NCBI RefSeq assembly: GCF_037042905.1
Contig: NC_087245.1
Location: forward strand, 15,254,001 to 15,318,000
DNA length: 64,000 bases
From: Lytechinus pictus
Lineage: Eukaryota
Direction of reading: 5' to 3'
A program made the translations under genes and the position numbers. Shown one piece after another: positions 1 through 13,300 of this stretch. The notes under the pieces are model-generated. The model was not told the DNA's origin. It saw only the letters and a list, made by a program, of their open reading frames with translations, and searched no databases. The stretch's first letter is position 1. Each line of letters begins with the position of its first letter.

Positions 1-1030
1 ATGGACAGATGATCATCTTTGAAAAGTCAGTTCGTTGTTCCATTCTCTGCAGGATCAGAATAAGGTCATTTGAACTCAAATGGCATGGTGATTTAATATT
101 CAATTAGATAAGCGCCAACTTTGATGCCTTGATCATTCTATTCTTTTGAATCAGACTTTCATTAGATCCACCAGAAGCAACAATGAGTCCATGAGCGATT
201 GGTATTTAAAAGTTGGCCAAGTACATTTGAATAGCAACATGCTAATGCATTGAAAGTAGAATTGCAACAAATACCTTTATCAAGTGTCTATTGATATGTT
301 ATTCTACTCAAAAGGTCTATTTAATTTCTGCTTGCTGTGTCAGAAATATTTCGATATTATAATCTTGCTTTGAAATTTTGTCCTTATGAAAGAAAGGAAA
401 GGCCAATTGTATAAACTTGCCCATGAGGTTAAAAGGAACTTGTCTATTGCAGAAATGATAATTTCTAGTTTGGTAGTGAATGTTGATTCACTAATTGATA
501 GTTTTGATTATATGGGTTGGTGTAGTAAATGGTTACCCGAGGGGAAGAAATTCCTCAAATGCTTAGGGCCTAGGCAGCCCAGCTAAAAGTGAGGTAATGA
601 TACCATCATCATGTTTAGCAGGGCCAACTGGGAGAACATTTTTGGCAACTGAAGAGGCCACCCCTGGTCGATTTGTTGTTGATATTATTGTTATCATCAA
701 TTATCAATATTGTGTGTTCTCATGAAGGCAGCTGAATTTCTGTAAGTATTTATTTCATTTATATACATAGATGGACTTTAGTTTTATTTACATGTATATT
801 ACCTTTCTAGGAAATTTCTTATGTTGTTGTTGTTGTTGTTATTCTAATTGGTGTAAAATGAATTGCTTCACCAACGGTCTCTGAAAATTAACGACAATTG
901 TCAAACTTCTACAACTACTTCTAAAACTTGCTTTTACTACTCCATTTTATTTCACTATTACCACTTAAAGTGACTTTAGTCAATTTTTTTTTCAAAATGT
1001 AATGCTAATCCATGCCCATTTGTTCTGCAG

Positions 1031-1396
1031 AATGTGTTGAAAAAGACACTTGGCATTGTACCTGGACAATATGGTTTAATATTCATTCTACGCAAATGCA
1101 ATCTGAGAGTGCTCCAGCGGAGGAAGTTGAACTTCTTGCAGACGCCCGACACAACCCTGACTTCCCCGAAGATTGCTCAGAGCCGCAGGATATTCAATGC
1201 AGGACTGTAGACACACATGTGTTGTGGAATGAAACTGCTGATGCTGCTACCGTTGACGTTAGTACAGGTCTTCGCTGTATTAACATACCTGGAACGCCAC
1301 ATTGTCTCGACTATGAATGTTCCTATTTATGCTGCATTCGGGAAGTTGTCACTTGCTCAACACCGTCAACCACTACGGGAGAAACCACCACAGAAG
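1031..1396 (+). CDS. CysD exon 1 (type A, 366 bp)
   Basis: ttctgcag|aatgt...cagaag|gtaggc; CTWTIW, 10 Cys. Confidence 0.88.
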
Positions 1397-4300
1397 GTAG
1401 GCACATCAATCAAATATTTTCACTAATTCCTGGCTGTGTGACCTCTATCACTGTATACATGCATTTTAACCGTGTTGTTAGTAGAAAAACAGGTGTGTTG
1501 TTGTGACATGGAGATTAGGGATAAAGGTAAAATTTAAAGTTCTCTATAAGACAAATTCGATCTCTGTTTTTATTTTTAATATTTTTGGAAAAAAAGGATT
1601 CTAAGAAAGTGTTGCTCTTGTTGTCAATATCCATGTCAGATATAGTCCTTAAGGTTATTGAGTTTTGTTTAAATTTCATTCTCAAACAAGTTAATTGGAG
1701 AACCTGTACACTATTTCAGTGAACTGTTATTATGGAATATTTCATTAATATTATGAGTAGTGAGAATGGAATGAAACACAAATAAAATGTCATTTCAAAA
1801 GGAGTATTGTCAGAGGAGCGTGTCTGTGAAAGATTTACAGGATGGGAAAAATAGTAAGATAGTTTTAGATTGTAAAGAAAAGACTGTAATCCCATACAGA
1901 GATTGCAGTTTTGTCTCATACATGTAGGTAATGTCATTGAGATACATGGTAAGGACTTGCTCAATTAAATAAAAATAATTTGACAGATTTCTTTTAAACT
2001 TTATTTATCTTTTTTTTTTAATCGGATGCTTACAGACATATTATTCTGTTACCATTGTTGATTTCCTTTTAATCAGAACTTCTTATGAAAAAAAAAAAAA
2101 AAAAAAAATTACCCTAATTAAGGTGCAACTTACTTTCAAGTAGACTCTTGTCATATTTTATCCGTTATGATAATGTACATCTCGTTACTCTTTATATGTA
2201 TGAATCTAAAGGCACAACACCTGGAACAACTCTCGAAACAACAACAGGAACAACAACTGGAACCACTCCAGGAACAACTCCAGGCACTACAACAGGAACA
2301 ACAACTGGAACCACTCCAGGAACAACTCCAGGCACCACAACAGGAACAACAACTGGAACCACTCCAGGAACAACTCCAGGCACGACAAAAGGAACAACAA
2401 CTGGAACCACTCCAGGAACAACTCCAGGCACTACAACAGGAACAACAACTGGAACCACTCGGGGAACAACAACAAGCACTACTACAGGAACAACAACTGG
2501 AACCACTCCAGGAACAACTCCAGGCACTACAACAGGAACAACAACTGGAACCACTCCAGGAACAACTCCAGGCACTACAACAGAAACAACAACTGGAACC
2601 ACTCGGGGAACAACAACAGGCACTACTACAGGAACAACAACTGGAACCACTCCAGGAACAACTCCAGGCACTACAACAGGAACAACAACTGGAACCACTC
2701 CAGGAACAACTCCAGGCACCACAACAGGAACAACAACTGGAACCACTCGGGGAACAACTCCAGGCACGACAACAGGAACAACAACTGGAACCACTCCAGG
2801 AACAACTCCAGGCACTACAACAGGAACAACAACTGGAACCACTCCAGGAACAACTCCAGGCACCACAACAGGAACAACAACTGGAACCACTCCAGGAACA
2901 ACTCCAGGCACGACAACAGGAACAACAACTGGAACCACTCCTGGAACAACAACAACTGGAACAACTCCAGAAACAACTCCAGGCACCACAACAGGTACAA
3001 CACAGGAAACAATATCTGACACCACTCCAGAATATGGATGATATATAAATTGCAGCAGACACAGTTAGGTCAAGGTTGTGGGAAAAGGACCAACTCTTTT
3101 AAATGCTTGGTTTTTCTTTTAGGGTACAAGGGAAGGGTAAAGTGTCAGAGATGAGACCCTATCACTCAAAATCATGGGGATGTGGTCACCCTTCCTGCCC
3201 TTCCTTTTGTGTCACCGATTTCATATCACCAGCCAGAAAGGAGATGGACAGATGATCATCTTTGAAAAGTCAGTTCGTTGTTCCATTCTCTGCAGGATCA
3301 GAATAAGGTCATTTGAACTCAAATGGCATGGTGATTTAATATTCAATTAGATAAGCGCCAACTTTGATGCCTTGATCATTCTATTCTTTTGAATCAGACT
3401 TTCATTAGATCCACCAGAAGCAACAATGAGTCCATGAGCGATTGGTATTTAAAAGTTGGCCAAGTACATTTGAATAGCAACATGCTAATGCATTGAAAGT
3501 AGAATTGCAACAAATACCTTTATCAAGTGTCTATTGATATGTTATTCTACTCAAAAGGTCTATTTAATTTCTGCTTGCTGTGTCAGAAATATTTCGATAT
3601 TATAATCTTGCTTTGAAATTTTGTCCTTATGAAAGAAAGGAAAGGCCAATTGTATAAACTTGCCCATGAGGTTAAAAGGAACTTGTCTATTGCAGAAATG
3701 ATAATTTCTAGTTTGGTAGTGAATGTTGATTCACTAATGATAGTTTTGATTATATGTGTTGGTGAGGTAAATGGTTACCTGAGGGAAGAAATTCCTCAAA
3801 TGCATACGGCCTAGGTAGCCCAGCTAAAACTGGGGTAATGATACCATCATTATGTTTAGCAGGGCCAACTGGGAGAACATTTTTGGGAACTGAAGTGGCT
3901 ACCCCTGGTAGATTTGTTGTTCTTATTATTATTATCATCAATTATCAATATTGTGTGTTCTTATGAGGGCAGCTGGATTTCTGTAAGTATTTATTTCATT
4001 TATATACATAGATGGACTTTAGTTTTATTTACATGTATATTACCTTTCTAGGAAATTTCTTATGTTGTTGTTGTTGTTATTCTAATTGGTGTAAAATGAA
4101 TTGCTTCACCAACGGTCTCTGAAAATTAACGACAATTGTCAAACTTCTACAACTACTTCTAAAACTTTTTTACTACTCCATTTTATTTCACTATTACCAC
4201 TTAAAGTGACTTTAGTCAATTTTTTTTCTCAAAATGTAATGCTAATCCATGCCCATTTGTTCTGCAGAGTGTGTTGAAAAAGACACTTGGCATTGTACCT

Positions 4301-7300
4301 GGACAATATGGTTTAATATTCATTCTACGCAAATGCAATCTGAGAGTGCTCCAGCGGAGGAAGTTGAACTTCTTGCAGACGCCCGGCACAACCCTGACTT
4401 CCCCGAAGATTGCTCAGAGCCGCAGGATATTCAATGCAGGACTGTAGACACACATGTGTTGTGGAATGAAACTGCTGATGCTGCTACCGTTGACGTTAGT
4501 ACAGGTCTTCGCTGTATTAACATACCTGGAACGCCACATTGTCTCGACTATGAATGTTCCTATTTATGCTGTATTCGGGAAGTTGTCACTTGCTCAACAC
4601 CGTCAACCACTACGGGAGAAACCACCACAGAAGGTAGGCACATCAATCAAATATTTTCACTAATTCCCGGCTGTGTGACCTCTATCACTGTATACATGCA
4701 TTTTAACCGTGTTGTTAGTAGAAAAACAGGTGTGTTGTTGTGACATGGAGATTAGGGATAAAGGTAAAATTTAAAGTTCTCTATAAGACAAATTCGATCT
4801 CTGTTTTTATTTTTAATATTTTTGGAAAAAAAGGATTCTAAGAAAGTGTTGCTCTTGTTGTCAATATCCATGTCAGATATAGTCCTTAAGGTTATTGAGT
4901 TTTGTTAAAATTTAATTCTCAAACAAGTTAATTGGAGAACCTGTACACTATTTCAGTGAACTGTTATTATGGAATATTTCATTAATATTATGAGTAGTGA
5001 GAATGGAATGAAACACAAATAAAATGTCATTTCAAAAGGAGTATTGTCAGAGGAGCGTGTCTGTGAAAGATTTACAGGATGGGAAAAATAGTAGGATAGT
5101 TTTAGATTGTAAAGAAAAGACTGTAATCCCATACAGAGATTGCAGTTTTGTTTCATACATGTAGGTAATGTCATTGAGATACATGGTAAGGACGTGCTCA
5201 ATTAAATAAAAATAATTTGTCTGATTTCTTTGAAACTTTATTTATCTTTATTTTTTTTAATTGGATGCTTACAGACATACTATTCTGTTACTTTTTTTTA
5301 TTTCCTTTTAATCAGAACTTCTTATAAAAAAACAAAAACAAAGAATAACCCTAATTAAGGAGCAACTTACTTTCAAGCAGAATGTTGTCATATTTCATCC
5401 GTTATCATGATAATGTACATCTTGTTATTCTTTATATTTATGAATCTAGGAACAACACCTGGAACAACAACAGGCACCACAACAGGAACAACAACTGGAA
5501 CCACTCCGGGAACAACAAGAGGCACCACAACAGGTACAACAACTGGAACTACTCCAGAAACAACAACAGGTACCACAACAGGAACAACAACTGGAACCAC
5601 TCCAGGAACAACTCCAGGCACTACAACAGGAACAACAACTGGAACCACTCCAGGAACAACAACAGGCACTACAACAGGAACAACAACTGGAACCACTCCG
5701 GGAACAACAACAGGCACCACAACAGGTACAACAACTGGAACTACTCCAGAAACAACAACAGGTACCACAACAGGAACAACAACTGGAACCACTCCAGGAA
5801 CAACTCCAGGCACTACAACAGGAACAACAACTGGAACCACTCCAGGAACAACTCCAGGCACCACAACAGGAACAACAACTGGAACCACTCCAGGAACAAC
5901 AACAGGCACTACAACAGGAACAACAACTGGAACCACTCCAGGAACAACAACAGGCACTACAACAGGAACAACAACTGGAACCACTCCTGGAACAACTCCA
6001 GGCACTACAACAGAAACAACAACTGGAACCACTCGGGGAACAACAACAGGCACTACTACAGGAACAACAACTGGAACCACTCCAGAAACAACAACAGGTA
6101 CTTCAACAGGAACAACAACTGGAACCTCTCCAGAAACAACAACAGGTACCACAACAGGAACAACAACTGGAACCACTCCAGGAACAACAACAGGTTCCAC
6201 AACAGGAACCACAACTGGAACAACTCCAGAAACAACAACAGGCACCACAACAGGAACAACAACTGGAACCACTCCAGGAACAACAACAGGCACCACAACA
6301 GGAACAACGCCTGGAACCACTCCAGGAACAACAACAGGCACTACAGCAGGAACAACAACTAGAACCACTCCAGAAACAACAACAAGTACAATAACTGGAA
6401 CCACATCAGGAACAACAACTGGAACCACTCCAGAAACAACTCCAGCCACCACAACAGGTACAACACAGGGAACAATTGGCACAATATCAGGAAACATTCC
6501 AGAATAGGGATAATGTATGAATGGCAATAGACAGAGTTAGGTCAAGTTTGTGAGAAAAGGACCATTTTTTATAAATGCTTTGGTTACTTTTTTAGTGAAG
6601 AAGGTAAGGGTAAAATGTCAGAGATGAGACTTTATCACTCAAAAATCATAGGGATGAGGTCACCCTTCCTGCCCTTCCTTTTGTGTCACCGACTTGATAT
6701 CACCAGCCAGAAAGGAGATGGACAGATGATCATCTTTGAAAAGCTAGTTCATTGTTCCATTCTGTGCATGATGAGAATAAGGTCATTTGAACTCAAATAG
6801 TATGAAAGTTTTAATATTCTTTTGAATTGTGCTTTTCATTAGATCCTCCGGAATCAGAAATGAGTCAATGAGCAAGTGGTATTTAAGAGTTGGCCAGGTA
6901 CATTGGAAAGCAACATGCTAATGTATTAAAAGTAGATTTGCATTAAATACCTTATAAAGTGTTCATTGGTGTGCTATTCCAGTCACCAGTGTCGGCCACA
7001 CAGAAATGTTGTTAGCCTAACAGAACAGTAAGCCCAGTTTCATCTTCAGGATTATGAATTCAAAACATTCATTTCAATGTGTAAGTAATGCATTGCTGTA
7101 TTAAACATCGGTATTGCTGTCACATTACTGATTGTAACAGGGCTCTGTTAGCGCATTGTTAGCACTAACAATGTTTCTGTGTGGTCAGTACAGGTCTTTT
7201 CAATTTCTGCTTGCTATGTCGAGCCTATTTAGATATTAATATCTTGCTTTGTGATTTACCCATCCTTATGAAAGAAAGGAAGGGTCAATTGTATAAACTT

Positions 7301-10300
7301 GCCGATGAGGTAAAGAGGAGCTTGTCTATTGCATAAATTATAGTTTCTAGTTTGGTAGTGAATGTTGATTTACTGATTGATAGTTATAATGATATGTGTA
7401 AGTAGGTGTAATAAATGGTTACCCTGTAGGAAGAAATTCCACAAATGCTTTTGGCCTTGGCAGTCTATCAAATGCTAGGGTATGAATACCATCATCATGT
7501 TAAGCCAGACCTGCTCGGATAAAAGTTTTGTGAACTGAAGTGGCTAACCCTGGTAAATATGTTGTTATTATTATCATTATTATTGCTATGATTACTATGA
7601 TTATTAATTATTATCATTATTTTATTATTACCTGTTCCTATGAAGGCAGCTGGATTTGTTTAAGTGTGTCTTTCATCATAGTCAGAGATGGACTTGAGTT
7701 TTATTTGTATTACCTTGCTCAGGTAAATTTATTTTATTGTTATGGTACTAATTGTATCTCCCGAACAGAGTTCGGAGGATGCTATGGATTTGGCCTTATC
7801 GCGCCGCCGCAGAGATTCCCTTGTGAGTGCTCTATCAGCTGCATTTTTTCTTTGATCATCTTCAAATTTGGCATGAAGTTCAATTATGTTATAGCGAAGC
7901 CATCTATCGATTTTGTTGTAGGCGGAGACATTGTTCCATGGTAACAAAAGTTTTTGTGGGAATAGAGATTTCCTTGTGAGTGCTCTACTGGCTGCATTTC
8001 TTCTCCAATTATCTTCATATTTGTCATGAAGGTCCATTATGGTAACGTAAAGCCGCCTAATGATTTTGGAGTGGGTGGAGGCATGGTTTCCATGGTAACC
8101 ATATTTTTGTGGAAAATTTGGTAAAACCTGTAACTTGTGCTCTTTTTCCAGTTTGTCATAACAGTTGGCACACAGAAGCAATATTGGAAGGTGAAGCGAA
8201 GATGCCTATCATTTTTTATGGGGGTCTTAGGGTTAGGTTTACAATTATATCCAGATTACTCTATAATTGTATTCCCCAACAGGGGATACTGGACAATACT
8301 TTAGGTTCTGCAGAGTCACGCTACTGCGTCATATTATTGTCATCAAATTTCCTACCCAAAGGCAAATGTGGGCAGGGTCATTGTCGCCATGATAATTGTA
8401 TTTATTTGTCAAATTTCTGTGTGAGCTCTACATATCGCAAGGACGGATGACGCTGTGGGTTCGGGGGATACATGTGCTTGGCCACGCGACCCGCCGAGCA
8501 TCTCTAGTTGGTTTGAAATTACAGTAATTGCTTCACCAGATTGTCCTGATATGTAATAACAATTGCAGAATATTACGAGAACTCCTTTATACTAGAACTC
8601 CTTATACTACACTTTCTGTCACTTTTTAATGTAACACTTAAAATGACTTTTTCCAGTCATATTCTCCTACTATATTGGCAATCCAAAACTCCTTTTGTCT
8701 TGCAGAGTGTGTTCCCGGCAGAGAATACAAATGTATTTGGACTGAATGGATTAATAATGATTCTGGACAATTGCAATCTGAAAGTACTCCAGCTGAGGAA
8801 GTTGAACTTCTTGAAGATGCCCGGCACTTCCCCGGTTTCCCCAAAGTTTGCAACGTATTCGATATCCGGTGCAGGACCGTAGACACACATGTGTCGTGGA
8901 ATGAAACTACTGACGCTGTTACCGTTGATGTGAATACAGGTCTTCGCTGTATTAATATACTAGGAAGACCAATATGTCTGGACTATGAATGTAGATGGCT
9001 GTGCTGCAGTTGGCACACTGTCACTTGCTCACCACCTGGAACAACCACAGAAGGTAGTTGCATCAATCAAGTATTTTATCTAATTCCTAGCAGTATGACC
9101 AATATCACTGTAAATATGCCTTTAAAAGGTTTTGTTAATTGGAAAACATGTGTGTTGTTCTGATGCAGAAGTAAGGGATAAAGATAAAAGCTTTTTTTTA
9201 GACAAACATGATATCTACATGTATGTTTTTTTTTCTTAATATCTTAGGAAAATAAAGGATTGTGGGGAAAGTGTTGCTCTTTGTGTCAATATTCATGTCA
9301 GAGATGCTCTTTTAAGTTATTGAGATTTGTTTGAATTTCATTATCAAACAGTTTCATTGGAGGACATGTACACAAATTTAGTGAATTTACCCTTTGTTAT
9401 AGAATATTTCATGAACATTATGATTGGTGAAAATTGAATCAAACACAAATGAAATGTGATTTCCAAAGAAGAAATGTGAAAGGAGCATGATTGTGAAAGA
9501 TTTACAGGATGGGGAAAACAGTAAGATAGTTTTGAATTGTAGATTAATGATAGTAATCCTGTTTGGGGATGGAAGGGCAAGGACTTGCTCAATTCAATAG
9601 AAATGATTTGTCTGCATTTTTTAAAAAGTTAAAGATTTCTATTTTCATTTTGAATTGGATACTTGCAGACATAATATTCTGTTACCGTGGTTGATTTCCT
9701 TTTAATTGCGTTTCATTTGCTACTTACTTTGGAACAGAATATTGTCATCTTTCATCCTTTATGATAATATACATCTAGTTCTTCTTTACATGAACAAATC
9801 TAGGAACAACAACTGGAACCACTCCAGGCACAACAACAGGTACCACAACAGGAACAACAACTGGAACCACAACAGGAACAACAACAGGTACCACAACAGG
9901 AACAACAACTGGAACCACAACAGGTACCACAACAGGAACAACAACTGGAACCACTCCAGGAACAACTCCAGCCACCACAACAGGTACAACACAGGGAACA
10001 ATTGGCACAATATCTGGAAACATTCCAGAATATGGATAATGTATGAATGGCAGTAGACACAGTTAGGTCAAGTTTGTGAGAAAAGGACCATTTTTTATAA
10101 ATGCTTTGGTTACTCTTTTAATGAAGAAGGGAAGTTTTTGTCAGAGATGATACTTTATCACTCAAAAATCATAGGGATGGGGTCACCCTTCCTGCACTTC
10201 CTTTTGTGTCACCGACTTGATATCACCAGCCAGAAAGGAGATGGACAGATGATCATCTTTGAAAAGCTAGTTCGTTGTTCCACTCTGTGCATGATGAGAA

Positions 10301-13300
10301 TAAGGTCATTCGAACTCAAATAGCATGATAGTTTTAATATTCTTTTGAATTGTGCTTATCATTAGATCCTCCGGAAGCAGAAATGAGTCAATGAGCAAGT
10401 GGTATTTAAGAGTTTGCCAAGTACATTGGAAAAGCAACATGTGTAGTAGGTTTCACGGTACACCATGTATCTTTCTTGGGCATATGTTGGTCCTGAAAAG
10501 GACCACCCAATCTCGACGTTTCGACAAGTGTGTTCTTGTCGTCCTCAGGAGAATGAGCAAAGTTTGTAAAAGCAGGCCTTATATACTCTGTCGAAGTGCC
10601 GTATGCACGGTATCTCGCAGGGTACATGTCTCTGATTGGCTAGATAGGTCACATGACATCCACATATGCGGACGTGGGTGACAACACACAAATTAGGCGC
10701 GCAAAACCAGCGACGACCGGAAATGCTGTCAGTTATTATTCCCGCTAGGATTAGCATGAATGACAATAGTCACCACTTCCGCCCATGCACTGCAGTACTC
10801 ACACGTGTGTGGAACGTCCGGGTAGGCTAATTAGGCAAATTAGCCTCTTTGTCTAGAACGGTAAGCCAGATATTGCTGACTTGGAGGCCGCTGTCTTGAG
10901 GAACAGTGTTATGTTCCTCAATCTCCAATGCTTCTCTGACTCTCCGCTGATGCCAGTAGGGGACACGGGTGTCCAGTCTACTCTCATCCCAAAGAATCCG
11001 GTGATCATGCGTATGGGCATGATCGATGATTGCAGATTTTTTCCCTCTCGTCTCTCCTACCATGGGCCTTGTATTCCTTAATCCGAGTGTTGAAGGAACG
11101 ACCCGTCTCTCCGATGTAAACTTTACCGCATTCACAAGGAATTTGGTAAACTCCAGGGAGGTCCTTGGAGTTGCGCTTGTCCTTATGGGTAGTGAGGGCA
11201 GATTGAAGCTTATTTGAGGAACTATGACGAACCTCAATGTCGGCTTCTCTCAAAATCCTCTGAATTTTGTGAGAGGCTGCTCCCAGATATGGAAGAACGA
11301 CTCTCGCCTTGGGTTGTCCTACATGAGGGTTCCGCGAGGGGGGAAGATCAGTGCAGATCTTATGTGAGGGGTAGTTGTTACATTTCAAAACACATTTGAT
11401 ATGCTCAAGCTCACCTCTCAGGTGGATCTGGTCACTAACCTCATGCGCTCGTTTGACTAACGTCTTGTTGATGGATCACAGCACTGATGGGTGGTGGAAT
11501 GAACGATAGTTCAAGTACCGATCAGTGTGAGTAGGTTTCCGATAAACCTGATGGGATAGGGATCCCTGTGCCGTCCTCGTAATCTTTGTATCAAGAAGGG
11601 GGATAGACCCCTCATTCTCCATTTCCATGGTGAACTTGATACACTCGTGTTGAGAGTTGAGGTGCTGTAAGAAATTGCTAGTTTCCTCAGCACCGTGTTG
11701 CCAAACCACAAAAGTGTCGTCCACATATCTAAGCCACACTTTGGGTTTGTGGGTTGCTGACTGGAGAGCCGTCTCCTCGAAATGTTCCATGAACATGTTG
11801 GCTACCACTGGGGACAGGGGAGACCCCATGGCAGCCCCTTCCGTTTGCCTGTAGAATGTGTCTCTCCATCTGAAAGAGGTGGAATTGAGGCACATCTCAA
11901 GCAGGTCATGGATCTCTAGAGGAGACAACTGTGTCCTGTCAGGGAGAGTTCTGTCAAATTTCAATCTCTCAAGGATGATGGCGCAAGCATCCTTAACTGG
12001 TACACTTGTGAACAATGACTCAACATCAAAGCTGATGAGGAGGTCATTGTTAGAGACGTTCATCTGACAGATCTGCTCAACGAAATGTTTAGAGTTTCTC
12101 ACGTGATGCACGCCCTGACCAACAAGAGGCTGTAAGATGTAAGTCAAATGCTGAGCCAGTGTGTACGTGGGAGATCCTCTAGTAGACACAATAGGTCTGA
12201 GTGGAGTGTCTGGTTTATGAATCTTCGGTTGCCCAAAGATTATGGGACATAGACCAGACGAGCTCCGGAGTTGTCGGTAAATGGGTCTAGACAAGACATC
12301 CTTCCTCTGGAGAGAGAGGAGCTTATCGTTAACCCTACGTTCGATGGCCGGTGTGGGGTCTCTAGGAAGTTTCCTATAGGTCCCCGAATCCAGTAGTCTT
12401 TGAACCTTGGTCTCATAATCCAATCTGTCCATCACAACAGTAGCATTACCCTTGTCTGCCTTGAGAATATGAATGGAATTATCCTCTCGGAGACTAGCAA
12501 GGCCTGACTTCTCGGCTTTGGTGAGGTTGGGCCGAGGTGGGTTAACCAAAGTCAGTACTTGTGAGAATTGGATACGCACTGTGTCTGATTGAGACCGAGT
12601 AAGATGTGTGAGGCTGGGTTCAATCTTCTGGATGAATTCTTTTCCAAGAAAGATACATGGTGTACCTTGAAACCTACTACACTATTCTTCTTCGCCATGG
12701 AAACCTTCAGAAGTTATATAAAAGCAACATGCTAATGTATTAAAAAGTAGAATTGCCACAAATACCTTGATAAAGTATTTATTGATATGCTATTCTAGTC
12801 ACAAGTCCCATTCAATTTCTGCCTGCTATGTCAGGCATATTTAGATATTAATATCTTTGTGATTTACCCATCCTTATGAAAGAAAGGAAGGGTCAATTGT
12901 ATAAACTTGCCGATGAGGCAAAGAGGAGCTTGTCTATTGCAGAAATGATAATTTCTATTTTGGTAGTGAATGTTGATTTACTGATTGATAGTTATAATGA
13001 TATGTGTAGGTGTAATGAATGGTTACCCTGTAGGAAGAAATTCCACAAATGCTTTGGGCCTAGGCAGTCCATCAAATGCTAGGGTATGAATACCATCATC
13101 ATGTTAAGCCAGACCTGCTCAAATAACAGTTTTGGGAACTTAAAGTGGTTACCCCTGTTAAATATGTCGTTGTTGTTATTATTATTAATATTGCTATGGT
13201 TACTACGATTATTAATTATTAGTGTTGTTATCATTATTTTATTATTATGTGTTCTTATGAAGGCAGCTGGATTTTTGAAAGTGTTTCTTTCATCATATTC

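Larger units (their letters stand above)
10441..12719 (-). mobile_element. 5'-truncated Penelope-like retroelement with inverted pLTR tail and TSD
   Basis: RT plus GIY-YIG; 39 bp inverted repeat 10441-10479 / 12644-12682; duplication aaaagcaacat at 10430-10440 and 12720-12730. Confidence 0.93.

Noticed and set aside
2151..3062. Cys/Ser-rich (metallothionein- or keratin-associated-like), poly-Val/Pro, Gln-rich and Asn/Arg/His-rich ORFs over every PTS repeat
   Set aside because: These are alternative frames or antisense readings of a stop-free 12-nt repeat. Only the Thr/Gly frame matches the phase-1 splice sites.
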